Source: Dudresnaya verticillata (Eukaryota). Taken from it: 64,000 bases of DNA. The translations under genes were made by a program, and so were the position numbers. The stretch spans positions 2,356,001 to 2,420,000 of the forward strand of contig OZ374562.1 of the NCBI GenBank assembly GCA_977862235.1, written 5' to 3'. The notes under the pieces are model-generated. The model was given only the letters and a program-made list of their open reading frames with translations. It was not told the DNA's origin and ran no database searches. Shown one piece after another: positions 12,476-25,539 of the stretch; position 1 is the first letter of the stretch; each line of letters begins with the position of its first letter.

Positions 12476-15400
12476 TGTAGATGGTTGCGGTTACGTATCG
12501 TAACGCGCAGAGGCTGACAAGCATCGACTGCTTGTAGAGAGCAACCGTCTTCAAGCTAGTGAAAGCCACATTGCCGTTGTTTCGGATTTGCACGACCCAT
12601 TCCAGTAGGAAAGAGGGACGTTGTAGCTATCCGTTAAGATTGACATAGGTACGTTGCTACAGCACGTTACTACGCAATCCCCGTTGTGCCCTGCACCGAG
12701 GTCAAAATAAATTGCCTCGGTCCGCCGCCTTCTGGGAGAAGACGGCAGAGATCATTCAAATACTACACTAATTCCTGGTTGGGGCAGTCGAGCGTCTAGA
12801 GAAATTTCTCTAGAGAAATTTCTCTTTCTGCAGAAGGCGAACGAATTCTCAACGACGGATTTTCATACGGAGCGGTCTTTCAAGTTCCGTTGTCGGATTA
12901 TTGATGCCTACGAAGAGAAGAGGCGCGGCCGTAGCGCCGGCGGGAGTTTCCGCAAATGATGATGTCAGCGAGCCTGCGAGTTCGAGCATTGGTCAGAGTG
13001 GAGCCGCTTTATTTGCACCGGTACAGCACCCAGTGTTGCGAAGTGTTGACCCCCGGAAGGTTGCAGTTTTTAAGGGAGAGGGACCGATATGTCGACGAAG
13101 TGCTTGAAAAGAAAAAGGAGGTTCCGTCGATGACTGTCGCTTCGTTTAAAGTTTCCGTGGATAGAGGATTGTTGAAAACTCTTCACGGACTAGGACGACT
13201 CGAGAAAATGGCGAGCGGATTGTCGTTCCCTGAACTAAGTTCTGAACATATTGAGAAATATATCAGGGGAATGGTATCAGTTGATGATAGCAAGGAGATT
13301 AATCCTACGTTGATACAGGAGGCAGTACGTGGCGTTCGAGTTCCAATGTCAGTTACTGACCCGGACGCACGCATGATTTAATATGTCCATGACATATTTG
13401 AAAGGCTCGATGGTATTGGGTACGGTGACTTCAAACAGCGGAATCCCGAGAAGACAGTTAAGTTGATTCAGGAGAAGCTATATCCGCTCGAGCTCAAAGA
13501 GGACATGGCAGAATATCTGGAGTTCTAACCAGGCCTCAAGAAAGATGTAAATCGCTACGTCGCTATGGTTTGCAGAGAAGCAGCAGTCCATGACAAGCTT
13601 AGGCGGAAAGGTCGAAAAAATCGTCTACTACCCGGAACGCTTCTGAGAGTACCAATTCATCTTTAAATAATAATGAGAAGGACGACAACAAGGCAAATAC
13701 CAAAATGAATGCCCGCTCTTTCCTTTGTCTCAATCCCATATGTCAGAAAGAGAACAGGAAGCACAAAGGCGGGGTTCGGAACTGTCCGGACACAAGTGTA
13801 AACGAGGCGAAACGTTTATTTCAGGAGTTCAAGGAGCAGAAGGAACGCAATTTTAGACAGCGGCAACGGGGAGCCAAGCAAGTTGTGACTCCACTTGATG
13901 GAGAGAAGAAGGCGAAAGCTGAGGAAACTAACTCTACCATCATGGGTGCTACTTTGTCAGGATGTGTAGATGTTCGATTATGTGCGGACGGTGGTTCGGA
14001 TATTAACCTCATGCCAGGCCTTGTGTTTTCGGATCTGCTTAGGCAACGTGCCGACATGAAACTGAAGGTGTACGAAATTCCGAGGAAGTTCGGCTTAGCT
14101 GCTTCCGCTCTTTCTGTTTCTTGCGACAGGGAGGTAGTTATGGATACTGAATTGCACATTCGACATGGCAAGTCACTTTTGATTTGTAATTTGAAATGGA
14201 TAGTTGCTGTCGATACAGTTAATGAACCACTACTGGGTCGACCTATTCAGAAGGCCCTGGGCTTGGATACCAAGAAGATTTTAGAAACTGCGTGTGATCT
14301 CCATAGCGGTTCTATAGACGCTGCAGAAATTGTTGATGATGACTACGCCGAGGGATCAATTGCTCGAATTCTTTCTTCGGATATGTTCCATTCCGACAGA
14401 GCTGCGACTGATGAAGCGGACAGCCTGGTGGAGCAACGAACGGAACTCGGTATTGACACACCGGAGGAGCTGGATAAATCGTTAGGTTCTATGCTAGCCA
14501 AAGCTATTGAAAACGGCTTGAGCTCTACGGGACATGATGGTATGACATCACTACTCAAAGAATACCGTGACGTCTTCCGAGTGAGATTAGGGCCAGCCAG
14601 CCAGCAACGGTTGAACTGATGTATGTACAGCTGAAGCCCGGCTCGGTGGCCTATATTTCCAAAGCGAGGAGATACTCAGTGGACCAGCGTAATTACATGA
14701 AACGTTTTATGGATACCTTGGTTCATTTCAACATGGCTAGACCTAACCCTCACGCGGAGTGGTCGTCGCCCCCTTTTCTGGTGCCTAAATCAGGAACAAA
14801 GAAGTTTCGTCCTACATTTGATTTTAGACGTGTCAACCAATGCACCAAACCTATGGCATGCCCGATGCCACACTTGCAGTCCGAGCTCATGGACTTTTCC
14901 CGAAGTAGGTTCTTCGCCAGTATCGATTTTTGTGCTGGTTACTGGCAGATTCCTATACACGAAGGCAGCCAGCCATACGTAAGCTTCTTAACACCGGCTG
15001 GAGTTTACCAGCCGACACGGACGCTCCAAGGGTCTATGAATGCAGTACAAAACTTTCAGTCTCGCGTTCAGCCCTGCTTTGCTTCCATGGACGCATCTGT
15101 CAAGGCATGGCTTGATTACTTCGCGGTGCACGCGAAGACTGAAAAAGAGCTGATTGCACGATTACGCCAATTCCTGCAGATATGTCGGGATAAGAATATG
15201 AAAGTTTCAGCTACAAAGACAGTATCATTCAGCAACTCGTTCCGCTGGTGCGGCTACATCGTTGATAAGGATGGAATAGAATGTGATCCCAGGCGTCTAA
15301 ATGGTTTGAAGTCTGCCCATCCACCAGCAAACGCAAGTGAGCTCTCACAGTTCGTGAATTGCCTGCAGTGGATGCCTAATTATATCCCAGATTTTGTAAC

Positions 15401-18003
15401 ACGTGTTGCACCACTGAAACAGGTTCTAGAGGAGGCATACACACGTTCAGGAAAGCGGACGGCTCGTTCAGTGCAAGGAATACGACTTTCTACATTGTCA
15501 TGGCGACCAAAGTATCTAGAAATATTTGAAGAACTGCAAGAGCAACTACGCACAGCTGTAAAGCTGTCCCACCGGGATCCCGACATGGCTCTCTACGTTT
15601 TTACTGACGCATCCGACGAGTTTTGGTCAGCGGTAGTGACCCAATGTGAGCGTACCTGTCTGGGCAAACACGTATCTGAACAAATGCATGAGCCATTGGC
15701 CTTTCTCGGGTCTGCATTCACAAGCACACAGCGTAATTGGAGTACATTTGAGAAAGAGGCGTACGCTGTGTTTCAGTCATTCGAGAAAATGGATTTTATG
15801 TTCGCATGTGAAGAAGACATTTACGTCTTTACAGATCATCGGAATCTTTTGTTTGTTTTCAATCCACTAGTCCTGAAGCCAATGTTAGGTCGTCATGTCG
15901 TTAACAAAGTGCAAAGATGGGCACTATTTCTATCAAGATTTATGTACACGGTAGAACATATAGATGGTAAGCATGACGTGACAGCAGATATGATGACGCG
16001 CTGGTTTGCTGGATATCGTGGAAAGCACAAAGTTGCACGAAGAATAACTAGCAAGTTCAACGAGGAGGACCTGGTTGCGTCCCCTATGGCTGAGGATTTT
16101 TCATAGCGGTCCCTGGATATGATACTGAACTCACAGTCGGAAGCTTTGACTACTGAAGTCACGGTCGGAACCTTTGACCATACCAAATGCCGTTCAGCGC
16201 GAGGATGGTGGTCTATTGCGGAAAGATGGCAAGATATGGATTCCACCTCAGGATAATAAGCTCAAATTGAAACTGCTTGTCGTTGCCCATTGTGGGTGCG
16301 GCGGGCATCGTGGTCACGACTCTACTGCCAGCATGCTGAAAGAGGAGTACAGTTGGGCAGGTATGGACCAGGACTGCAGAACATTTGTCCAAAGCTGTCT
16401 GCATTGCATCATTGCCAAGAGTGCTCATCGAATCCCGCGTCCACTGTCTATAACCCTTCATGGCTCGAAGCCCAACGAAGTCATCCATTTTGATTTCATA
16501 TATATGTGGATAAGAATCGATGGGTTGAAGTACATGCTGATAATTCGAGACGATTTCTCTACATATCTATGGCTTTGTCCGTGCAAGACTGCGGATGCAG
16601 AAACAGCTGCTAAGGAGATATCAAGATGGATTAGAGTATTTACTGCGATGCAGTTTTGGGTTTCAGACCAAGGATCACACTTCAAGAATCGAGTGTCGGA
16701 ATGGCTAGCCAAGACACACCGTACCCATCATAATTTCACAGTTGTATATTCGCCCTGGATTAATGGAACAGTAGAAGTCCGCATGCGACATATACGAGCT
16801 GCATGCACAGCACTACTGTCCGAACTCCGACTCGGACCTCACGAATGGCCATTTGTTTCCGACATAGTGATGTCCGTACTTAATGAAGCACCACTCACCA
16901 GGCTAGGGAAAAGGGCAGATGGTACGTCGCGCACACCTCTCGAAGTCATGACAGGTATTCGGCCTGCCCGAGCCATGGTAGTGACACCAAAACGTTCACA
17001 AGAAAAGCCTTTGAAACTCAGTATGGCCCGCGCACAGCAACTCATTAACATTGATGGGACTCAAAAGGCATTGGATCATATGCACAAAGAGGTCGATATC
17101 AAGGTGACTGCCAACAGACGGAAGCATATTGCGTTTTATAGCAATAAGACGAATATAATCCCGTCAAACTTCGAGGTTGGCGACTTTTTTGTTGTTAGAC
17201 GCAGTCAGGACAAGGGGCACAAGCTGTCATTTCGTTGGTTAGGACCCTGAATAATAACCAGGGCTATCAGTGAAACTGTTTATGAGGTAACTGGACTTGT
17301 AGACAGTAAGTCCGAGATCGTGCATACAGGCAGGCTGCAGATTTATCGCAGCAATCTAGACGGAACTGAAATATCCCAGCGGCTTGTAGAGCAGGCGAAG
17401 CATGTCGAGTCTAAGTTCGAGATGGTGGATTATATCAAGGATATTGGAGAAGCAAGTGATGGATTATTTGTACATGTACAATGGCTGGGGCAACCCGATA
17501 AGATAGACTGGACGTGGCAGTCCGTGCAACAAATGCATGAGGATGTGCCCGAGAGACTTGCAGCGTTTTTGAACCCAACTAAGAAGAAGCGTTTAGTGAA
17601 GAAGGCTTTAAGACAATTGCAACTTAGCAATAATTGATGATATATACGAGCACTAGGGTACCCGCATGTATGGGGCCTTGTAGATGGTTGCGGTTACGTA
17701 TCGTAACGCGCAGAGGCTGACAAGCATCGACTGCTTGTAGAGAGCAACCGTCTTCAAGCTAGTGAAAGCCACATTGCCGTTGTTTCGGATTTGCACGACC
17801 CATTCCAGTAGGAAAGAGGGACGTTGTAGCTATCCGTTAAGATTGACATAGGTACGTTGCTACAGCACGTTACTACGCAATCCCCGTTGTGCCCTGCACC
17901 GAGGTCAACATAAATTGCCTCGGTCCGTCGCCTTCTGGGAGAAGACGGCAGAGAGCATTCACACACTACACTGAGTCCTGGTTGGGGCAGTGGAGCGTCT
18001 AGA
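12476..18003 (+). mobile_element. Full-length Ty3/Gypsy chromodomain retrotransposon (defective)
   Basis: 325-bp LTRs at 12476-12800 and 17679-18003 with 8 mismatches, and GGCC on both flanks. The internal region is gag-PR-RT-RH-IN-chromodomain. Confidence 0.95.
12901..17637 (+). pseudogene. gag-pol of the chromodomain Gypsy element
   Basis: Protease CADGGSDINL; RT WLDYF; RNase H FTDASD...TDHRNL; integrase HCGCGGH...CLHC, IHFDF, VSDQGSHF; chromodomain VQWLGQPDKIDWTWQ. Several stops and frameshifts, e.g. at about 13070, 13381, 14610, 16106 and 17250. Confidence 0.9.
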
Positions 18004-18229
18004 GGCCCTGTCGGAATCGAATTTCTACCCTGAGAGGGAAAGTACACAAGCTTCTGTCTCCGTCCCTAGCCTAGGGCCTGATCTGGAGGCGGCGGAGTGG
18101 GCTGGCTGGGAGCCCTCGCTAGAAGGCGGCTATGAAACTATCTCAGAACGTAGCTGGTCGCAAGCCAGAGACCTTGAACTGCGCCTCATAGCGACACCTA
18201 TCGCACGCATTGCAATTACGGGTCCGATA

Positions 18230-19160
18230 TAAGCCGTTCGGGTCGTTGGTGAAATGGTTGGCTCGTTTCTGTGAGCAGATTCGACACTCGATAACCGGAT
18301 TCTGCAATGGGCGCTATGGGAGCTCTTTTGCGAAGAATATGGGCGTACCTCTGCTCCTCCTAGGTCTATGGACGTTTTAGCGTATACGGGGTACCTACAC
18401 ATGGCCGGTGCTGTATCAGTCAGCAGCTCGGCTCAGTACTTTTCCGCGATTAACATATATATACATGATATCGTGTGTTGGCCAACTTTGTCCCCCGGGA
18501 CGAGAAAACGCCCTGATACTGCAAGCTATCAGAGCAGGACAGAAGGGGCAAGACGCCAAAGGACGATCTCGGCACACCCGCGGTGGGTCGCCTGCCAGCT
18601 TCGTTGGAACATATGCCATTGGGGCTGCGAACCTTTCAGATATGCAGACATACACGATGCTGCACTTATCATTTCATGATTATGCTTCGGGACTCGCTAG
18701 GACACTGTGTGGCACATGTGCATTGGCGATTTGGCAACAGATGGTCTCACTGTGTCGCTTACTCTTCGCCCGAGAAAAGGAAAGCGTCTTTCTACACCTT
18801 TGCGCTTAGATTAACATCGGACGGTGGAACATGGAAAAATTGGTCCCATCAGGCTGCTGTACAAATGTAAATCTATTCGGATTGAATAAAGCCGGACAGA
18901 AGAAGAAGCCAGCGGACTGAGCGCATTGCTGGACGGGCCGGAGTCCCTCCCCACCCAATCTATTTCGCGGATTCTTGAACGTGTTCAACTGCAACTCGCA
19001 TTTTCAACACTGGCGGGCTTTGTGTACTCCTCGCACTCCATCCGAGTCGGTGCGTCAAGAAACCTATAGCTCTGCCAAGTTTCTGAGTATGGAATTGTTC
19101 GTTTGTTAAACTGTAGCACCGCAGCCCGTTTACAACGGCTATACTATGACAACTCGCACA
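18230..19160 (+). pseudogene. Tyrosine recombinase of the DIRS-like element
   Basis: N-terminal QWALWELFCEE...VLAYTGYL...SSAQYFSAIN, box I DAALII.. MLRD, GFVYSSHSIRVGA (HxxR, His at 19034) and LQRLYYD (catalytic Tyr region). Frameshifted. Confidence 0.8.
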
Positions 19161-20287
19161 GGTTGGACATTCCTGCACGTGGTTCTTTTCGCAACTCGTT
19201 GCAAGGTATCTGCTCTCTCGAATATGTCACAATGACTTTAAAGTGATCAAAGCGGTCTAGTAACACCCGATCCTGCAAGCTGTTTTCACATTCTTTGGAA
19301 CTTCGATTGAGTGTTCAGTTTATGTATTGGTATACATGCGTGAAGAGGTTACCGCGGGAGAAAACAGGCTGGCCCTGAGTTAGTACAATGAGGATCAGGA
19401 CAAATGCACGGATTGAAAGCAGCAATGAGTTAATGAGTGCCTTTATCGGATAAGTATATCGACGTTACGAATCCGGGGTCTCCAAGTAGGACGAATCAGA
19501 TCATATGAAACAGGGTGTTAGTGCCGGAAACGATGAGCGTGCGAATACCGTTAATAAGGCAAGCACCTTGCCTGCTTGAGAACTCCAAGCCAAGTCTTTT
19601 CCTTCCCCATCCTCCTTTCTCTAGATATTCTGTAATCAAGTCTGTTATTTATAAGATCCTATGATAGGAATGTTACTTAATTTCAATAGATTATTAGAAA
19701 CAGTCGAAGTCTGTACTGAAGCTGAAATCAAAGCAGTGATCTACATATGTAAGGTGATGCCGACCGTTTCTGCATATTAAGTAAAGCCTGATGTTTGATC
19801 TTCGAATAAGAGTTCACGTAGACCACGGAGTCAGAACTCGAATATCCCTTACACCCCATTTTACACAGCTGTTACATGACTGCAATCATTGTTCTTCCAT
19901 ACTGAGGTTTATCTACATCTAGATCGATGTTCTCTCTGGAATCCATGCTTGCGCTGAGGTGCCGAGATAGTACAAATTATTCGCACCTCGTTTGGCGTTT
20001 CCAATTATGCGAAAGTTATCTTGGGTATTAATTGGGATGGCCTTTTTTTATGTGAACGGAACAAAGAGACCTTTTCCAGCAAGCGCAGGGAGGGATAAAA
20101 GACTAACAGCGATGTCTGCTGCGACTAAGATATTGCTCAGAATTACAATACTCGCCCCGTCTGCACGTCCCCACGAAGCATTCCGAGAATTAGGTTGGGC
20201 TACTGATTCCTCCCCGAGAAGAATATTGACGTTCTAACTCGGGGTGTCATTTCCATATTCAATAGATGGAGTCACATGAGCCGTAGG

Positions 20288-21157
20288 TGTGGTGCAAGGG
20301 GGCGGCTGCCCCTTTTCGCTTTGAGCGTATTATATGGCAACGTCTACCGACGGCACTTCAACCGCTGTTGGCGCGCGAACACGTCATAGACGATTGGCCC
20401 ACGGTAATACGGCCGCCGTTACCCCGCGCGGCGCGACGCGCACGCGCACTGTACGTGCAGATCCGGATGTATCATCCCGATCGACAAGGTGTAAGGCGCA
20501 CGCCGGTAAGCTTGGCCCGGATCCCGATCGGATCCGGATCGGACATCGGGATCCGGCATCGGGATCCACAGTGATGTAAGGTACGCGCCTGTAATGGCCG
20601 CGCGCCAGCAATGCTGGCAGGGATCTGGATCCGAATCCGGATCAATCGCACTTCTACACGCATGCACCTGTAAGTCACCCATTACTCGCATGCACGCCTG
20701 TAAGCTACTCCTGAGCTCCCGCGCACGCGGCTGCATGGCGACGACGACGTATCAGACACTCAACGGCGCGGCACGCGTCCTGAGTTCCCGCGCACCGCGC
20801 CCGCAGTCGCCGCCCGCGTAGTATATTAGGTAATCCGTCTGAAGAGGTTGAGTAAACCCCGGACAAGCCGGCCTTGGTCCAGACTTCCCCGTTCCGCACG
20901 CGCGTATCCTACGCTACCGCTGCCTACGGTCTAAGCGTCTACCTCCCGTGCTTCCACGTTCATCACCGTCCTTGACGTGTTCCCTTTTTGTTCTCTTTGT
21001 TCTTCCTTTCCGCCTCGGGCGTTTACAGTCCGCCCAAGGCGTGTCAAACCGCTCTACAACAAGCCGCCCGAGGCGAGGTTACTCACCGCCACGGGCGTCG
21101 CAAACCACCGAGTCCCGAACTGCTCGGCGGTGTTTCGTCTAGGACGTTTGCACCACA
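20288..21157 (+). mobile_element. Solo LTR, family A
   Basis: Ends are TGTGGTGCAA...TTGCACCACA (perfect 10-bp inverted repeat) with TSD GTAGG on both sides. Confidence 0.92.
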
Positions 21158-21162
21158 GTAGG

Positions 21163-21780
21163 TTCTGAATCAAACCTCATCGTACCAATTTTAGTAGATG
21201 AATTGGCTTTGTAAGCAACCACTTTTGCAGATGCAGCCATTTCCTTAGATTTATCGGCCTTCTTATTATCCTTTCCTTCTCCTTTATCTACTTCTTCTCA
21301 TACTTCTTATCCTTCGACAAGTTTAACTTGTTCTTGGGACTACGAGCGTTTAAGAAGCAGTTAGCAGTGGTATGGTTATTCTTGTGACAAATCTCACCCT
21401 GCTTGGAATTTTCAATTTCAACATTGGAACCGTCCTCAATTTTATCACCAGACACCAGAGAGCGATATTCTTCGACGATTTGCCACGGACGAGACGGGTT
21501 GATACGGTTTCAAATTAATGGTCTCTTCAGCGAGCGTCTTAATGGACACAGTAATGGGAATTCCTTAAGGCGCTGATGTACCTCAGTTGATGAAATTATG
21601 ATGACGACAGGCAAAATATCCTGGATGGTTGTGTCTATTTTTTGCTGTTATATGAGTGCAGCCATTAAATCAATATGAATAGTCGTGTCTTTTTGTCTTG
21701 TTTTATCAAATCGCAACAAAGCGACATAAACTCTGACATTTTGGGGATCCGTGAAACGGTAGTCTTCGTGTCATACTGAA
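21163..21780 (-). pseudogene. Highly decayed Copia-like gag remnant (probably continues left of the solo LTR)
   Basis: Minus-strand EICHKNNHTTANC zinc-knuckle remnant near 21360-21395 followed by a Lys-rich tract. CNSCVK occurs near 19860-19880. Confidence 0.4.
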
Positions 21781-21814
21781 TGTCCAGTGTTTCGATCATC
21801 CTCGGGGTGTTTCT

Positions 21815-22572
21815 TGTGCTGGAAACGTCGGTGACGAAAACACATCCGGGCAGCCCGTAAACCCGGTGGGTAGCAACGTTGGAGACGGTTGTGGTAGAGC
21901 TAGTACAACACCTTGAGGCGGACTTACAGGAACCAGGCGAGAGAGGGATACAAAGAACAAAAAGAAAAACACGTCCACGACGGTGTTGGCGTGGAAGGAC
22001 AAGTAGGTAAGAGGCTTGAGCCTCTGGGAGTGGTGAGGTAAGCGCATGCGCGGAAATAGAGTCAAGGCCAAGACCGGGTTGCCGGGAATTACTGTGAGGT
22101 TCTATACGTGTTACCTAAGTATTATTACTACTGCGTGAGCGGCGGCGGTGGCGTGGCAGCGCGCGGGAACTCGTGACACCCGTTGTCCCGCGGTGCCTCA
22201 GACAAGCGCGTCGGCGTGCAGCCATACTCCTGACAGGTTTTGCCTGTCGTTGTCGCCCGCCCCGCTCTTGTACTTACACCTACATGTGGCCACGCATGCG
22301 GCTTATAGGCGCATGCGTGCCGCATGGCGGTCGATCTTGATGCCGTTCCCGATCCGGGCCAGCCCTACACGAACATGTCTTATACCGTAGTTAATACCGC
22401 AGCCTTACACCACGGTCCCCTTACACAATGCCGGGTGCATAACTGGAGTTATACGTGACTGCGTGGTGGCTGTGTGCGCATGCGCCGTCGACGACTGGGG
22501 CCACCCATGAGGTGTGTTCACGCCAACGTTTCAAAATCGGGATTCAAACGCCTTTGGTGATACTGGACCATC
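21815..22572 (-). mobile_element. Decayed LTR, family A-related
   Basis: Begins TGTGCTGGAAACGTCG and is similar to the reverse complement of 6300-6800. The right end is approximate and there is no clear TSD. Confidence 0.6.
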
Positions 22573-23005
22573 ATACACGGAATAAAATCTTCATTGGTGA
22601 GTCTACGGTGACGACCGTCGTCAACTACGTGCATGGCTCCACGTTTTCACAACAGAACGCACCACTCGAAGAACAAGCCCTAAAACCCCTAAACCCCTGA
22701 ACCCTGAGAACAAGACAATGTCGGAGAAGGCACGCATGATGATATTGCTTGTATTGACGCTGCGTTTTGTACAGTATGTTATTCTCCAACATGTCCCGGC
22801 CGGCCGTCCACTGATAGAGCGGCTGATACGTGGTTGGAATCACAGGCTGCCTTGATTCCAATATTTCTCAAGGAATAGTCGGAATTCTCGTCAAACTACT
22901 TCACTTTGAGCTTTCCGAAGCCGCCATGATTAACGAAGAGGTTCAATGTCCTAGAAACACAACGCCTGCCTGAAGCGGAAGCACTTACGCGATCCTACTG
23001 GGTAT

Positions 23006-23898
23006 TATGGAGCAAATCGTTGAAGACGCAGCACGGTCTGGATAGTCGAGAATCCGGTGGGTAGCAACGCCTGTGACTGTAGTGGTAGAGCTGATACACG
23101 CCAAGGGTGGACTGTAAATGCCCAAGGCGGAAGAAGAGGGAACAAGAAAACCCAAAGAGAAACACGTTGCTGACGGTAGCAGACGTGAAAGCACGGAGAG
23201 GTAGACGCTTAGGTCTCAAGGCAGAGAGGTAAGGTACGCGTTGATGCGGGAGGAGTAGTCTGGACCAAGGCTGGCTTACCGGCGTTTACTGCAACGTCCT
23301 ACACGGGTTACCTAACTACTACTTCTAACCAAGGCGCTGGTGGCGCTGGCATGGCGCATGGGAACTCAGGAAACGTGTTGCGCTGTAGTATTTCTGGCAG
23401 ATTTGCCGCGGGATGCAGCCATGCGTCTGACAGGTTTGCCGCGCGCGTCCTATACGAGCGCTTACAAACACACGTGACCACGCGCCGCTTGCAGGCGTGC
23501 GCGCGTCGCGGCTTCTGCGATCCCGATCCTGATTTGTGCCAGCATTACGGGTGCGCCAGCTTTACAGTCGCACGCCTTACATCAGCATGGATCCCAATGC
23601 CCGATTTGGGATTCCCAATCCAGATCCGATCTGGGTCCGGGTCATCTTCACAGGCTCGTACCTAACACCATCATTGACCCCGACTTCCATCTGGATTCGC
23701 GTCATGACTGGCATACAGTGCCCCGGGGCGCACGTTTGCCGCCGTACAGTACCGTCGCGTGACTGCGCAATGCGCCAAACGCGACGTTCGTACGTGCGTC
23801 AGCCGTTTTGATCCAGTGTATCACAGTGGGATACGTCTGTGACGTCGCACCAACGACGGGTGAGCACGCCTCTGGCGATTTCTGTCTGTTGACGCCAT
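23006..23898 (-). mobile_element. Decayed solo LTR, family A-related
   Basis: Similar to the reverse complement of 5918-6800, including the GATCC-rich block. Possible TSD GGTAT/GTTAT. Confidence 0.65.
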
Positions 23899-25539
23899 GT
23901 TATAACACGTTCAGAGCCAACAACCGCCCTCCAAACGTTTTCACTACAGGTCTCATAACCTGTTTGGGATACTGCGCTTTTATCGAGTGTCTTCTGTTTG
24001 ATTGTGCTTGCTATTGATCATTGGTAGGACACACGATCTCCTTCATGTACTACGGAATAAAGTAACTCTCCCCGTAATCGTAACCATTGCATTACGGGAG
24101 AGTTCCTCTTGCAGTATAACGAATAGTACTCGGAGACGCGGAGAAGTCTCGCAGTATAAGAGGTGGCCTCGTAGCCAAATAGAAACGAAGAAAGGAAAAG
24201 GGTTGGTAGCATGGCAGAGCAGGCCGACTAACGCAGAGGGCCACGGTGTCAACGAATACTTGCGCGTAAGGGAGAACTGCAAGCTAACGATCACCGCGTA
24301 AAATCCGGTTGCGCGAGGCTATCGAAAGCGGGACTCAACCGTATCCGTGAACACGCACTGGAAGACACAGAAACACGAAGAAAAAGAGTTTGCCGAACAC
24401 TCCGAGGTCCAGGCGCTGGTCGCTTGTCGGGATCCCTCGGAGGTCGTGACAGACTACTGTATAAATGCTTTCTATGTAAACGGGTATGCATGAGTGATAA
24501 TTCGGGAAACGGCTCGTACTCAACTAATATGTAACGGTCTGAGTCTGCAAACGATCGCCTCACGTATGGTGCCCCATCCGAATGCGGTTACGCAGCGCCA
24601 GTAGTGAGCACGGAGGCGCACGCGCATCGCGGGCTTCGGGGCCGTTCGCGAAAGAAACAAACGGGAAACACGGCGGTGTCAGCAATTTCGTGTACAGTAG
24701 CGCACTGTACTTAGAGTGCCCTCGTGGCGCGCGCAATCACGAAGTTACCCGAAATTCATATTTTTGACTATTTTAACGGAGATCACGGGGTCAATACCCG
24801 CACAGCCCTTATTCCGCACCTCTCCGCAGAGAAACTAAACGTTCCCTGTACTGAAGTGGGTGTCAACGATGGCTGATGGTAAAGCTGTTACCGGCAGGTG
24901 GCGTAAGAATGTGACGTGAGCCTGACTAATCTTGATTCCCTGGCAGAATCTCTCATCAATCGATCACTGTACTTACCGTCATGGCCCGAATTATCTTTAC
25001 CGCCCCGCAGCAGTTGGAGCTTACCATCATCTGCTGTCGGCTCTCTCCCTTGTCCATGTCTTCTTCATAATTGGCAGCCTCCATTGTGGACTATTTTTGG
25101 TTGCATGCAAGTTTTCTTTCTTTCTCTTTGAATTCACTGGAGTAAATATAGATTAGTGATGCTAAGAGCATCTCTATCAGCGCGGCAAACAAAGGTGCCA
25201 AATTTCTGTACTTCTAAACACACATTTGGCATCCTGAGGCTCACCGCTACAGGCTCCGGCTAAATCGCCAATTTCGGCGGGCACGAGCATATACCAGCAC
25301 TGTACTGCACAACAACCGCCCCGTGCACAACAACCACCCCGGGGCCATGAATGTTTGTCAGGCGCTGCTATCCTCAGTGACACTGAAGAGACTGCAGCGC
25401 AGGCCGTTTCAGCGCTAACCGCCAAATTGAGCCAAACGCGGCACCAATCCGCGTACCAGGGTCGGGACCCGAAGAGCGCTACAGTGCAACGAGACCAATG
25501 CTCCTGGTTACAGGACTACTCGTCTAGTGCTCCTGTGCA

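Larger units (their letters stand above)
8659..19595 (+). mobile_element. Tyrosine-recombinase retrotransposon (DIRS/Ngaro-like), decayed and interrupted by two LTR insertions
   Basis: The order is ORF1, RT, RNase H, MTase-like, then YR on the + strand. It is bracketed by diverged direct repeats at 8659-8873 and 19406-19595. Boundaries are approximate. Confidence 0.75.

Noticed and set aside
19620..19860. Plus-strand Copia integrase-like trace opposite the minus-strand gag remnant (possible inversion)
   Set aside because: The motif traces are too degenerate to support by eye.
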